A stretch of 63,025 nt of DNA, filler included, from Trichomonas gallinae (GCA_008369845.1; 4 parts of 4 records of this genome joined end to end with filler, not necessarily neighbours in it); one strand, 5' to 3'; positions 10,425-21,912 are shown, counted from the first letter of the whole stretch. Numbers and translations: made by a program. The notes: generated from the letters alone by a model not told the origin.

Positions 10425-10550
10425 CAAATGCCTTAAATTTACTCTCAAATTGTAAATTTACATGGCAAAAATTATGAGTCAAATTTTATAAATTTATAAG
10501 TCAAAACTCTAAATTTACATTGCAAAATATCCAATTTACGTGTCAAAATA
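10425..10550. promoter_or_regulatory. TTTACRTGNCAAA motif array in divergent promoter
   Basis: TTACGTGACAAA, TTTACATGGCAAAA, TTTATAAGTCAAAA, TTTACATTGCAAAA, TTTACGTGTCAAAA. Confidence 0.5.
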
Positions 10551-10570
10551 TCAATTCTTTTTTTTAAGGA

Positions 10571-10930
10571 ATGGCTTTATCTAATAAACCAAGGATGAAA
10601 GAAACTCCATTCAAAGAGGAGGAAGAAGTCTTTGAAACACCGATGCCAAAGATGGAATTTGTAACAATTATTTCAAACGAGGATCATCATTATATTATTC
10701 CAAAAGTTATAGCTTGTCAATCAAAACTTTTGGCTGCAATTTTCAGCCAAGATTCTAAATTCCAAGAATCGTTGTCTAAAACCGTGAATTTGGATTATCC
10801 AACACATCTATGCGATATTTTCGTCCAATTTTTATTCTTTAAACTGCAAAAAAGACCAAAAACCGATTTTCAAATACAAACAAATGATTTACTTGATCTT
10901 TATGCAATGGCTGATTTTCTCGGTGTGTAA
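10571..10930 (+). CDS. elongin C (Skp1/BTB-fold) protein
   Basis: FVTIISNEDHHYII...ACQSKLLAAIF...FQES...VNLD...LLDLYAMADFLGV matches the elongin C pattern. Confidence 0.8.
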   Translation: MALSNKPRMKETPFKEEEEVFETPMPKMEFVTIISNEDHHYIIPKVIACQSKLLAAIFSQDSKFQESLSKTVNLDYPTHLCDIFVQFLFFKLQKRPKTDFQIQTNDLLDLYAMADFLGV

Positions 10931-11297
10931 TTCATTTTAAATACAATCGCAATGAGACAACTCGCATCATATTATGAGATTACATCATACGATATGCATC
11001 ATTCCTCATATATTGAAAGAACAAATATTGAATTTTTCAAACATTTATCTTTAGACTCTATATTCACTACATATCAGTAAGCAGTTTTCATAAATTTAGA
11101 ATCGTTTTTACAGAGTTTCCAGGTATGAAATATATTTTCATAAATTATGATGAAAGTTTTAAGCAATGATTCCATTTCTATTAATTTGTTATTCTATCAA
11201 AATAAAATATCAATATGAATTATCTAAACAATATAGATTTAAATACAGTATATTACAAAAATGTGAATAGGAATAATAATATTCAACTGATTTTGAA

Positions 11298-12149
11298 TTA
11301 GAGATCAATTCCAGTAACATCTTGTTCAACATTACCAAGCATGATATCATCTTCGGCTGCTGTTTGGTGGACATGAGGACGGTAGTTTTCATTTGGAGCG
11401 AAATAGGTTGAAATTGAAATATTTCCACACTTTTGGCATAAAAATATGAACAAACCAATTAACAAAGTATAGAGAATAAAGTATAATATAATTGAAAATG
11501 GTGTTCTTGTAAATGTTGAGCAGTTAAACGCTATTCCAGCATCAATATAAGAAATATCATCTGAGTTATGATGATATGAGATTACACCGCATTTATTATT
11601 GATATTTTTATCCAATCCAATGGTTTCTAATGTAAATTCTGCTGATCTTTCGCTTTCAGATAAAATTTGAATTACAAATGGAGTGCTAGGATTTATGTAT
11701 GATGATTTAACTATATCCTGATTTAGGTACGTAACATAGTTCGGAATTGTGTCGAAATCAACGAATTTAACAGTTGTTGATATAAAATCTGGTGGAGAAA
11801 AGAAACAAGCTCTTTTCGTATTCAAAGAAACCTTCATGTTGTTAGAATAATTAAGAACGAACGAGTTTTCTGTGCAAATATTCTCTCCAAGATTCCAACC
11901 TTTGATTGTAACAGTCTGTCGTCCAATATTTGTGATTTTTAACGAACCTTCTGAAAAAGAGTAATAAATGTGATTCAATGGAATGATTTGTTTAGGATCT
12001 TGTATTTTGATATGATCAAAAACAATACTTTTTGGATCGCTGATTGATAGTACATAGAAGGATTTGTCTGCAAGGTCGATATTAATCGAATTATTTGCCA
12101 AAATATTGTAAGTATTGAAAAGAGATGAAAAAGATAAAAGATTTAACAT
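11298..12149 (-). CDS. single-pass type I membrane protein
   Basis: Short hydrophobic leader, beta-rich ectodomain, TM helix FSIILYFILYTLLIGLFIFLC, acidic tail. Confidence 0.75.
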   Translation of the reverse strand: MLNLLSFSSLFNTYNILANNSINIDLADKSFYVLSISDPKSIVFDHIKIQDPKQIIPLNHIYYSFSEGSLKITNIGRQTVTIKGWNLGENICTENSFVLNYSNNMKVSLNTKRACFFSPPDFISTTVKFVDFDTIPNYVTYLNQDIVKSSYINPSTPFVIQILSESERSAEFTLETIGLDKNINNKCGVISYHHNSDDISYIDAGIAFNCSTFTRTPFSIILYFILYTLLIGLFIFLCQKCGNISISTYFAPNENYRPHVHQTAAEDDIMLGNVEQDVTGIDL

Positions 12150-12310
12150 GATAATGAACTAATTTTAATTCGCTGCAACATATTCTTGAGGTCATAAAAT
12201 AATTATTGGTCTATAAGAAAATCATCCAAAACCAATATATTTGATTAATATTAAAGAATTATCAATAAATGTATACATGTATATAATTTACAAACAAAAT
12301 TCTAATAAAT

Positions 12311-13642
12311 TTAATATGATTGCAAGAGTTTTTCAAAATATTCAACAGATGAAAATAATTCATCAATTGGATCATCATGTTTTCCTTTTATCTCATTGAT
12401 TACATCATAATCCAGGCAAATATCACGAACAAGATGCTCACCAAGTGTTAATTCGCATGATGATAATTGAATGAGCAAAGATACAACGTAATGCTCCAAA
12501 TACTGGTCCTCTGAGTCAACAGCAATCTGTACGAGGCTACCTACAAAGTCATCACGAATTAAAAGTTTAATTTGTTCATTTCCGCAAACAGATAAGAGAG
12601 ACTGTATGAGTTTAACTGCAGTTTTGATGTATGATGGCTTTGAGAAGAGCATTTTGAATGCATGATCAAGAACTCCTAATTTAATTAATTCAACGCGATT
12701 TTCATCAGATTCGATGGAAACACAGTATAAAAGATGCAGCAAATTAGCATGTGATAATTGATAATCCAATTCAAAGATTTTGGTCAATTCTTTGAAGTCG
12801 ATTTTTGAATAATTTTCTGAAAAGCCTTGACAGTAGTATTTAAGATAAAATGAGAGACATTCATCGCGAAACATGCAATGATTGATATCCAAATCGAAGA
12901 AACCACTTTTCATTGCGATATCAAAAGCTGAGTTATCAAGAAGATCTAAATTACTTAGACTGTATAGAAGATAAAATACAACATCTTTATCTTCACTATT
13001 CAGAAGAAGAGACCTCACAACTTCACTCACTAATTTTGAGAAATTATCTTTTGAATTTGGATAAGTACTAATAGAACTTATCAATTTGGCTGATTCTGTT
13101 TTAACTATTGATGGGACATTTTCATCTTTTAACAATGCAATGATTGAATATATGTTAATAAATTTCATCAATCTTGAATAACTGTATTTGCTGTCTGAAA
13201 CAATGTGATTAGCAATAACAAGAGAAATAGTACAAATTGCAGGATCAGGAACTTGCATTAAGTTAACTATCTGCTGAAGAATTTCATCATTTAATAATTC
13301 GATAAAATATTTAGGAAGTTTATCTATAAGTGTTGAAAGGAATTCGAGAGATTCGCGTAAAATGTGCTTATCTGATGTTAATATAAATTGGAAAATAATT
13401 TGAAGGATGTGGTGATCATTAAACTCATTATTAATATCGAAAACACCAAATTTGATGATATCAATAACATTTTGGAAACAATTTCGCAGTTCTTCATAAT
13501 TTTTATTTTCATTATTGAAAATTTGATCGATTTGCGCATAAAGAGGATTGAGTTTATGAAAATATGGGACAGGTATATTCTCATTCATCGTATCATCATC
13601 ATTTTTTGTAATAGATGACTGAAATATCGAACCTTCAAACAT
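12311..13642 (-). CDS. ARM-repeat protein (importin-alpha-like)
   Basis: Helical ARM-like pattern (LYSLSNL, NRVELIKLGVLD); first ATG at 13642. Confidence 0.7.
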   Translation of the reverse strand: MFEGSIFQSSITKNDDDTMNENIPVPYFHKLNPLYAQIDQIFNNENKNYEELRNCFQNVIDIIKFGVFDINNEFNDHHILQIIFQFILTSDKHILRESLEFLSTLIDKLPKYFIELLNDEILQQIVNLMQVPDPAICTISLVIANHIVSDSKYSYSRLMKFINIYSIIALLKDENVPSIVKTESAKLISSISTYPNSKDNFSKLVSEVVRSLLLNSEDKDVVFYLLYSLSNLDLLDNSAFDIAMKSGFFDLDINHCMFRDECLSFYLKYYCQGFSENYSKIDFKELTKIFELDYQLSHANLLHLLYCVSIESDENRVELIKLGVLDHAFKMLFSKPSYIKTAVKLIQSLLSVCGNEQIKLLIRDDFVGSLVQIAVDSEDQYLEHYVVSLLIQLSSCELTLGEHLVRDICLDYDVINEIKGKHDDPIDELFSSVEYFEKLLQSY

Positions 13643-14024
13643 TTTTATTAAAATTTTCCAAATTTGAGAAACAAAATCGAACAAGGATCAACAATAATGC
13701 AATAATATGAAGAGAAAAATATTTATATAGTAAATTATATTTACATATCAAAAAATCATAACAGCAAAAATAGAACAATAATTTTTTTTTATCAACGTAT
13801 AACAACTTTTATTGATTATACAGACTTATAATGCTATATGTTAAACCCACTACTGACTAAAATAACTCTTTTTTAAGTTTGGTTGTATGAATACATGTTT
13901 CGACTCTGATTTCTAAAATCACTCTAATGTAGTCATTATTTAGATGTGTCAAAAAATTAAACTAGGGTCTGACACTTTGTGTCCCCGGTTTTGAAAATTT
14001 TAGTTGAGAGGTTTACAAGGAAGT

Positions 14025-16910
14025 ATGGAAAGGGAGCAACAACTTCAGTATTTTATAGAGCAAAGTATCAGAGGACAGGATCCAAATTCCATCACTGAGG
14101 CTACACAGCAGATAGAAAATCTAGAACAGCAGCCTGATATAGCGATTGTCTATTCAAATTTACTAAATTCGAATCAAACTTCTTTACAGCAAGCGATTGC
14201 AATCAATTACAACAGATATATCAGAAACAATTGGTTCAATATACCACAAGAAGTCCAAGAAGCAGCCAAAAACATGTTGGTTGAATTAGTTCAAAATTGT
14301 CCATCTTGGGATACATTGAAACATCTCGCAGAAGTTGTTGCAACAATCTTTAAAGCATCGATATTGTGGACACCGGCTATACATATGGTTATATATTTTC
14401 ATCAAAACAAACTTCCAGACCGTGCTACTTTAATTTTGAGCAAAATCATTCCTCTCACAGAGCCTGGCACTGTGCATGAGCTTTGGCGTGGTTTTCGCGC
14501 AATTGCGATGACAGGACTCCACTGCGAACAACTTTCGATTAAATTCATGGCATTTGATGTCTTCTTCGAAATATACGATATAGAAGAATCATTTGATATA
14601 TTAGAACCTATCATTGAAGTTGTGAATTACTTAATAACACAATACCGAACATTTAATGGAAATGATTTTGATAAATTCTGGTCATACATTTATAAATTAC
14701 TCAAAGTCAAACAAATTTCCAATGAATTAGCCACTTTCTACCTGGAAAATGCTGTAGCTCAATTAGAAGACGAAACAATTGAATTAATGCACAAATCAAA
14801 CATTATTTCATCAATAATTCCTATCATACCACAAATGAGCCCAGAAGTCATGCATCTTTTCGTGACGAAAAGCGTTGAGCTCGCAGTCGGCTACGTTGAA
14901 GCTAATTCCGACTTACCAACAGAGATTTTGTCTTTCATCGACAGTTTGCTGCAAATTCGCGGAGATGTTTCAGGTGCTTTCGTTTACGAGGGCTTCACAG
15001 AGACATTCGGAAGTGGAGAAATGGAGCAGATAATAGTCGCTGTTTGCTTATTGTGCTCCATCATCCAATTTGATGGCTCATTAATCGAAAATTCTCTTGA
15101 GTCAGTTCAACAAGTTTTAACACAATCAATACAAAGCGAAGAAGAAATTTTGATTCGTGCTGCATTGAGATGCCTCGCTGCTTTTGATGAATGCACAGCA
15201 AACGTGGCAATGCTTGCAAGAGAGTTTATTCCAGGTGTCATAGAATTTCTGGTGAGCGAAAGCAGCGAAATTCGCGTTGATGCATATAATGCATTGATGT
15301 CAATGTGTCCACTTTGCGAGAACTCAGTTCCAGGCTTATTAGAAGCAGTCTGGAGGATGCACACCGAAGGACAAGTCGCTGACGACAACACAGAAAGTTA
15401 TATTGTTCTTCTTGCGACAATAATTGAAATGGAGAAACTGAATGATTCGATGGTGTCAACAATTTTGCAGTTTGCAATTGAAATGATAACAGGCGAAGGC
15501 GAACCAACGATGAAAGCAGTTACATTGACAATGATTGGCACACTTATAGAATATGATGACACAATTCCACAGCAGATACCAAATCTTGCTGAGACAATTT
15601 CAGGTTTATTCCAATACGAGAACCAGGAAGTCATCATTCAGGTTCTAACTTTCTTGAGATGCATTGCTTTCGCGCTGAGAGCGAATGGCTTGATGTACAT
15701 TACTCCATTCATGGAAAACATCGTTAGAATTGTTGATGGAAGCGATTCTCCGCGCTTGTTCGCTGTTGCCCTTGAAACAGCGGCTGTCATAATAAGAAGG
15801 ACCAAGGATTTGAGTTTGCTGGAACAAGTCTGCAACGCAATGAACTCACTTCTCAAGAGCGACAGCGTTGAGATGATGAAAGACGGATGCGCACAAATTC
15901 CTCAGATAGCCGCAGCAATCGCAGATCCAACAGAAGAGAACAAAGAAAGGTCAGCATTCTTCCTGACACACGCTTCAAAGGTTGTCGTGGAAGAAATAGA
16001 CACGGATGCTGTCGAAGTTGCGCTTGAAGCAATAACACATCTTGTCAAACACTGTTTGTCTCACAATCCGGAAATGATGCTTCAACAATGCGCTGAGCTG
16101 ATGAAGCAAATCATTGATGGCGACACTGCTTTAGGAGCAGGAGATAGTCCAATACAGTCAGTCTTGCAACCAGAGCTCGCTCAATATATCATAGAGTTCT
16201 TCTTCGAGGTTCTGACTGCTCAAGATTCTGTGGATTCAGAGATGCTGCAGTTCTGCTTGAATTGGATGCAGCAATCAGCGGTTGCGGTTGATCCTGTCAT
16301 CGGACAGCTGTCAGATCTTATTGTTAAAAGGCCAATACCACAGGAACTCGTTGGCAACGTCATTTTGTTCACAAAAGGTTTGCTTCAATCAGCAAATGCA
16401 AGAATTCAACAGCACGTTGTTACATTTTTGAGCCGTGCAACTCGCGCATTCCCTGAATTGCAGCAGATTATTGCTGAATTCATTCCAACTTGCGAGGCTT
16501 GGTTCAACGATGAGCGTGGAAAGGATGGATATGGTGATGTCGTTGCAAATATCGCTTCCCTCTTTTTGGCTGTTCCTACAACAAGCGAAAAGTTTGTTGT
16601 GGAAAGCTTGGCCCTTTTCCCACCTTCTGATGTCAAAGAAACAGGATTCATGGCCGAGTCTGTTTTCACACGAATTCAAAATGGATACAGCCCAGCTATC
16701 GCTCAAGCAGCTGCTGTTGCAATCGCGAAATTAGTCACAGAACCTCAATCAATGTCAGCGAAAAGGAAAATTGCTGAAGAAGTTAATATGGGGTTGAGAG
16801 GATTTTTAGTCTCATTCATGAAACAGTCTGAGGAGTCAGCGCAGTTTATTTTGCAGAACTTTGCTGATTCTCAGAGAAAGGTAGAAATTATTCAACATAT
16901 GCTAGAGTAA
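14025..16910 (+). CDS. importin-beta/karyopherin-like HEAT repeat protein
   Basis: IBN_N-like start (ITEATQQIENL...QQAIAINYNRYIRNNWFNIP...AKNMLV), acidic HEAT repeats; first ATG at 14025. Confidence 0.8.
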   Translation: MEREQQLQYFIEQSIRGQDPNSITEATQQIENLEQQPDIAIVYSNLLNSNQTSLQQAIAINYNRYIRNNWFNIPQEVQEAAKNMLVELVQNCPSWDTLKHLAEVVATIFKASILWTPAIHMVIYFHQNKLPDRATLILSKIIPLTEPGTVHELWRGFRAIAMTGLHCEQLSIKFMAFDVFFEIYDIEESFDILEPIIEVVNYLITQYRTFNGNDFDKFWSYIYKLLKVKQISNELATFYLENAVAQLEDETIELMHKSNIISSIIPIIPQMSPEVMHLFVTKSVELAVGYVEANSDLPTEILSFIDSLLQIRGDVSGAFVYEGFTETFGSGEMEQIIVAVCLLCSIIQFDGSLIENSLESVQQVLTQSIQSEEEILIRAALRCLAAFDECTANVAMLAREFIPGVIEFLVSESSEIRVDAYNALMSMCPLCENSVPGLLEAVWRMHTEGQVADDNTESYIVLLATIIEMEKLNDSMVSTILQFAIEMITGEGEPTMKAVTLTMIGTLIEYDDTIPQQIPNLAETISGLFQYENQEVIIQVLTFLRCIAFALRANGLMYITPFMENIVRIVDGSDSPRLFAVALETAAVIIRRTKDLSLLEQVCNAMNSLLKSDSVEMMKDGCAQIPQIAAAIADPTEENKERSAFFLTHASKVVVEEIDTDAVEVALEAITHLVKHCLSHNPEMMLQQCAELMKQIIDGDTALGAGDSPIQSVLQPELAQYIIEFFFEVLTAQDSVDSEMLQFCLNWMQQSAVAVDPVIGQLSDLIVKRPIPQELVGNVILFTKGLLQSANARIQQHVVTFLSRATRAFPELQQIIAEFIPTCEAWFNDERGKDGYGDVVANIASLFLAVPTTSEKFVVESLALFPPSDVKETGFMAESVFTRIQNGYSPAIAQAAAVAIAKLVTEPQSMSAKRKIAEEVNMGLRGFLVSFMKQSEESAQFILQNFADSQRKVEIIQHMLE

Positions 16911-17237
16911 ATATATTTTAGAATTCATCTTGTATCAAATAATCAAAACATATATTTAACAAATATTTATAACAACCAACAAATGTGAATTATGAAATCA
17001 AAATTATTTGTTTTCAGCTTTCCTTTTAATCAAGCATCAGAATGTATTTGATTATGATGCTTTAGTTGTGCCATTTGATACAATATTGAGAACTTGAATA
17101 AATTAAATATCTTCATAAAATAAATGAAATCATGTAATAAAATATATTGTACAGAATGGCAATGTATTTTCTAATGATTTCAATTGAAGTCTGATGGAAA
17201 TTTTGTATTCATCGTTTCAAATAAATGAATTATCATT

Positions 17238-17690
17238 TTAATTACGTTGATCTCGATCACATTCATTGAATACTTTTTCAAGGTAACGAGCAAATTCGGT
17301 GTCATCGATTTCGCTTGAATAAATTTTTTTATTATCTGACATGAACTTCAGAAGTGCAGTAGAAATGTAGACAACAAGAACATGCTTGCAAAATGGTGCT
17401 GTATGCTTATGTAATGTTTCGTCTTTAAATGCGTTACAAGAACAATGAAATGCTTTTGGTGTCAGCATTACGTAATTAGCCTTTCCTTTATGCGAACTGA
17501 CAGTCCATATTTCTCTATGACTGACTTTAGCATAGTGTTTTATAATTGTTTCTGTAGATAAAATCTTAACTGCACCTTTAACAAGCTTATCTCCGCATAG
17601 AGTAGTAAGGAACAGCCATATTTCTCTAGTTAAGCCTTTCTCTTCTATGTCCTGAAGAATACTTAGAAGACCTGCATGACAAACATCCAT
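17238..17690 (-). CDS. SWIM zinc-finger protein, SWS1/ZSWIM7-like
   Basis: CSC...F...CKH motif (FHCSCNAFKDETLHKHTAPFCKHVLVV) in a 150-aa protein with SWS1-like layout; ATG at 17690. Confidence 0.75.
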   Translation of the reverse strand: MDVCHAGLLSILQDIEEKGLTREIWLFLTTLCGDKLVKGAVKILSTETIIKHYAKVSHREIWTVSSHKGKANYVMLTPKAFHCSCNAFKDETLHKHTAPFCKHVLVVYISTALLKFMSDNKKIYSSEIDDTEFARYLEKVFNECDRDQRN

Positions 17691-18358
17691 GTAATATATA
17701 AAAGTGAAGAAGTTACTTCCTCGCAAAAGTGACATTTAACCTTATTATCCAAAACTCTTGATTTTGTATCATATCAAAGTCATCATAATAATATACCAAT
17801 AAATATACCTAACTAAGGCGACTCATCATATCAAATACATAATATAAAAAATACTTTATGGTAACTTTACTTAATATAAATTACTTCAAATTGATGTGAA
17901 TTCACATGCTAAAAACTATTGATACCTCATTTTTTAAGATATATGTTCAAATGCAAATAAATTACATCTCGAGATAGAGGCTATGGATGTTTTGCAAGAA
18001 TAAGGCATCTTTCCAATGAAAACATTCGATATCTATTATACACATTTGTTTTGGAATTTTATATCATGCTTATAATGTATTACAAAACTTATAGATTTTA
18101 TCCAATATAGCTACTAATAGAAAAATCTCATACAAGGAATCCATTCTACAAGAAGAAATAATAAGTGCACAAATAATTAGAGATTTGTGCCTAAATTTAG
18201 TGTAGAATTTCGATGCTGTATTGAGATCTTGCTTACGAATTTGCTTTCTTTGGGTAAAATCGTTATTTGAATTTGAGGTATTTTGTATTTCAGTTAGAAT
18301 CAAAAAGTAGATAAGTTCGTATGGTAGATTTTATTTCAGGCAACATTACTTATGTTGT

Positions 18359-18514
18359 TTAAATGTTCATCTTCCTCCTGCGCCAGTGGCGGGTGAGTGG
18401 GTTGCGGATGTGGCGAACGCCAGTCATCTGACGGATGAACTGTGGCATTGGGCGGTTAACCTTCATTGCCTTGCAAAGAATGCGCTTTGTGCGGAGCGTC
18501 TTGTGGGCGGCCAT
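18359..18514 (-). CDS. RPL39: 60S ribosomal protein L39
   Basis: MAAHKTLRTKRILCKAMKVNRPMPQFIRQMTG...RHWRRRKMNI, 51 aa; strong codon bias. Confidence 0.97.
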   Translation of the reverse strand: MAAHKTLRTKRILCKAMKVNRPMPQFIRQMTGVRHIRNPLTRHWRRRKMNI

Positions 18515-18549
18515 CTGTAAAAAAGGGTTGACCAAGCCGTAAAACGGTC
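18515..18549 (-). promoter_or_regulatory. Trichomonas M3 (x2) plus M5 core promoter motifs
   Basis: Minus strand GACCGTTT and TACGGCTT (M3 consensus DRCSGYTD), then CCTTT (M5) just before the RPL39 ATG. Confidence 0.65.
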
Positions 18550-19026
18550 TCAACTTTTCTGAAGAAAACGATTATTTTAGTATCACCCCCTGAAATATAT
18601 CAAAATAGGGGGCAATTTTACAAAACATTTTGCCATGTATATTGTCAAATTTTGCCTGTTATCATTATATAATCGAGTAAATCAATGACATTCAAATAGT
18701 GATCTAATATTTCTTCACATATGCCATAAATGGATACAAATAATCAATCAACAATAATGATTATCGATATTAATATTTTGGAATTTTGATATTTTGAAAG
18801 TATTTCTTATAGCCATCAATAATGTGATTTTTAGGAAAATATATGACTTTTTCGAAATAGATAGGTAGTAAATTATGTATCAAAAAATTTTTTAAACAAT
18901 ATAGAAATAGAACATCATGGTATGGATAAAATTTCTAACATATTCATCCAATTGACAATATCGCTAATGATGCGATGATAAAAATGCTAAGGTCGAATAA
19001 ACTTAGATTTTTTTTGTATGTTGTTA

Positions 19027-19590
19027 TTAAGCTATTGGATGAATATATTGGGACAATATAGAGTTTGATGCTTTCTCATTGAATTCGCAGGCAACAAAAA
19101 CATCATAAACAATTTGCAAAATTCCATACTTTTGACAAAGTCGATTTATTGCTTGTGAATCACGTTGTGACAAATTTTGAACCCATTTAGAAGGAACAGA
19201 AGAATATGATAGTGCAACAGCTTCCGAAGCATCAACTTTATTTTGTTTTTGATTATTTTGCTGACTGTTGCTAGTAGTACTGTATGTGTAATCTGAATCG
19301 TACAATTTGGACTTCTCTGCGAGTTTTCTTTCTCTTTCCAGTTTTAATTTTTGCGCGTGAAGAGCTTCTTCTGAAAAATCTAGATTAATTGTAGCTCCAT
19401 CTTTGATACCAAGTTCATTAATCTGAGTATCATCCGAAATATTCAAGTTGTTTTTATAATTTACGACAAAACATTGGTTGGTTATCTCATAATCTTTCTC
19501 CAATATTTTCCTTATGTCTAGAATAGTCTCATTGCCCTTTAATTCGAGAACATATTCTATCGGAAGCTTCGATCGTAGATATATTAGCAT
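19027..19590 (-). CDS. ubiquitin-like plus UBA domain protein (Rad23-like architecture)
   Basis: N-terminal UBL (ETILDIRKIL...DDTQINELGIKDGATINL); C-terminal UBA (AINRLCQKYG...VFVACEFNEKASNSIL). Confidence 0.8.
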   Translation of the reverse strand: MLIYLRSKLPIEYVLELKGNETILDIRKILEKDYEITNQCFVVNYKNNLNISDDTQINELGIKDGATINLDFSEEALHAQKLKLERERKLAEKSKLYDSDYTYSTTSNSQQNNQKQNKVDASEAVALSYSSVPSKWVQNLSQRDSQAINRLCQKYGILQIVYDVFVACEFNEKASNSILSQYIHPIA

Positions 19591-19634
19591 TGTCACGTTT
19601 TTAAAATTTAATCCGGGACTGATAAAATAAAAAA

Positions 19635-19720
19635 GGGGGATAAATTAGATATGATAAATAGGGGCTGGAAAATTAATACAGGGGATAAATATATAAGGGT
19701 CTGCTATAATAAAGTAGGGG
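19635..19720 (+). promoter_or_regulatory. array of AGGG(G) motifs in 150-bp divergent promoter
   Basis: G-runs at 19635-39, 19661-64, 19681-84, 19697-99 and 19717-20, each preceded by A, in otherwise AT-rich DNA. Confidence 0.45.
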
Positions 19721-19740
19721 ATTATTTAGTTTTTTTGTTG

Positions 19741-21912
19741 ATGTTTTTCATTTTATTTTCTCTGTGTATTTCGGATCCAATTTGGTTCAATAAGTCACAA
19801 ATATTCATACAAAACGTTACACAGGGATCAACACTGGAATTTCAAGTTCCTTTGTGCAGATTCATGTTTTATGTTTTTAATAATGCAGGATGGAGCTGCG
19901 TTGTTTCGATTCATGATGCAAATATCAAGTTTGCACCACCAAATCAGCATGGATATAACTCAAATAGCTATTATCCAGCAACAATCAAATTCACATTTTA
20001 CGAAAATCAAGAATTTTGGATGCAAATCATGGTAAACTTCACACTTAAAGAAAAGTCAATTGTAGCTACGCATCCAAGCGATGATTGGATCGATTTTCTC
20101 GATGTGATGACTGTATGGCATCCATATCACTACTTATACTCAGATGATAACCAGAGACGTTACGAACTACACTACCCTAACATGGTGCCAGATTATTTCT
20201 TCATTTCTCCAATAAGTAATATTGAATCACATATTATTTCTCAATCGAATTACGTTAAACAAATATCATCATCAGGTGTGATCACAGTATTTCCTGTTTG
20301 CCTTCGCCTAAAACGGCCAGGTCGTGGATTGATTTCGATACCACTAAATCAAGGAATAGTCTGTTTCTTGATCAAAAATCACACATTTTCCACAATTGAT
20401 AGACATAACACAGTGATACAGATCACAGAAAACGAGAAATTAATGATATATCACCCATTTTACGGTACAACAAAAAATGTTATCAATTATCTGATAATTC
20501 CGCATGATACACAGTGCTCCTCTATTCACATAAATCGACAAGACAAACGTGTTGTATCAATTGCTGACAAAGGATCTCCCTGGTCCGAAATTTCCGCAAA
20601 TTTCAATGAAGAACCAAATACTTGCTTGTTTTTCGCATCAGATGAGTCTCAGAACATCAGATTGGACTACAGAACATCACAGTCAGATTATTTCTACTTG
20701 ATTCGTCCAGAAAAACGATCAACTTTGTCATCAACTGAAAATTCTCTTGTTTTCCCTGCTTCCACTTTCATGATTGTTCCGAGGCGCTCATCACCCGAAT
20801 CCCACCTCGCGTATTTCGTCCTCAACGACGAGAGATTTACTTTTCGAGGCACATCAGCGACAATAAACTACTCTATAGAATGGACAACTCTCGAACAATT
20901 CACGACAATAGAAGAACCAGATGAAATCGTTGTTGACAGCCCATTCAGCAGTTTCTCGTTCAGTAACTCTGTGAATGTCTTCTTTATGAGTGCTGGATCC
21001 ATTTTCAGACTGTGGAACTCAACACCGAACCTTCCTTCAGGAATTACAGCAACAGTATATAATCCTGATGGACAACTAATAAAAGTCCTTCCTCAAAATG
21101 ATCCAAGCTACGTTTTCAGCGAGTCCACTGGTTATATATCAATCTCCGTCAAAACAACAGAAACAATTTATCACTGCTTCGTGCTGCAAAACAGTTCATC
21201 TGTTTCGAATCTTCCGTTTAAGTGCAACGACTTTATCGTCACATCCGAAAGACAATCGTACTACAGCATCGCAAACAAAATAAACCCTGCGAATGCGACA
21301 TTCAAGAAGGGCTGGAACACATGCATATATTATAAGAGAGTTGCTGGCCACCAGATCTCAATAACAAATCCATTCACTTCACAAGTGAAAATCGATGTTT
21401 ACGATAACATGATGACAAAGATAGATGTTAGCGAAAGCATTCCACAAGGATCAGCGCTTTTGCACATCAGAGTCATTAACCCGCCAAGGGCAGGAAGCAT
21501 AAAGATCATTGACTCATGCATTTCAATGTGCAAGGCTTTGCATCCGGCGACTTATGTCACAACAGTTAGCGACGATCCATCTCCTGGTGAAATGATCTCG
21601 TTGACAGATTTCGTCAGCAGCATCGCGACTAGAAGGAAAATCGTTTTAATAGTTATATTGACATTCGGCTTATTCGTCGTGACATTCATTGCTATAACAA
21701 GCTGGGTCATTTCCTGCATCGTCAACAGAAGATTGAGGAGAAGAGATGAAGAAAGACTACTCAGGAGAAATTCGTTCGACTTTGATGCTGATATTCGATA
21801 TCCTGCTCCAGGATCAATACCTTTGGCTTATGGACAACCAATGCAGTTGGTCCAACCAGCTGCTTTCCAACCAGTTTATCCTGCAACATATTATTTACCT
21901 GTTGCTTATTAA
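19741..21912 (+). CDS. type I membrane surface protein
   Basis: Leader MFFILFSLCIS at 19741, large beta-rich ectodomain, TM IVLIVILTFGLFVVTFIAITSWVISCIV, basic stop-transfer, Pro/Tyr/Gln tail. Confidence 0.8.
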   Translation: MFFILFSLCISDPIWFNKSQIFIQNVTQGSTLEFQVPLCRFMFYVFNNAGWSCVVSIHDANIKFAPPNQHGYNSNSYYPATIKFTFYENQEFWMQIMVNFTLKEKSIVATHPSDDWIDFLDVMTVWHPYHYLYSDDNQRRYELHYPNMVPDYFFISPISNIESHIISQSNYVKQISSSGVITVFPVCLRLKRPGRGLISIPLNQGIVCFLIKNHTFSTIDRHNTVIQITENEKLMIYHPFYGTTKNVINYLIIPHDTQCSSIHINRQDKRVVSIADKGSPWSEISANFNEEPNTCLFFASDESQNIRLDYRTSQSDYFYLIRPEKRSTLSSTENSLVFPASTFMIVPRRSSPESHLAYFVLNDERFTFRGTSATINYSIEWTTLEQFTTIEEPDEIVVDSPFSSFSFSNSVNVFFMSAGSIFRLWNSTPNLPSGITATVYNPDGQLIKVLPQNDPSYVFSESTGYISISVKTTETIYHCFVLQNSSSVSNLPFKCNDFIVTSERQSYYSIANKINPANATFKKGWNTCIYYKRVAGHQISITNPFTSQVKIDVYDNMMTKIDVSESIPQGSALLHIRVINPPRAGSIKIIDSCISMCKALHPATYVTTVSDDPSPGEMISLTDFVSSIATRRKIVLIVILTFGLFVVTFIAITSWVISCIVNRRLRRRDEERLLRRNSFDFDADIRYPAPGSIPLAYGQPMQLVQPAAFQPVYPATYYLPVAY

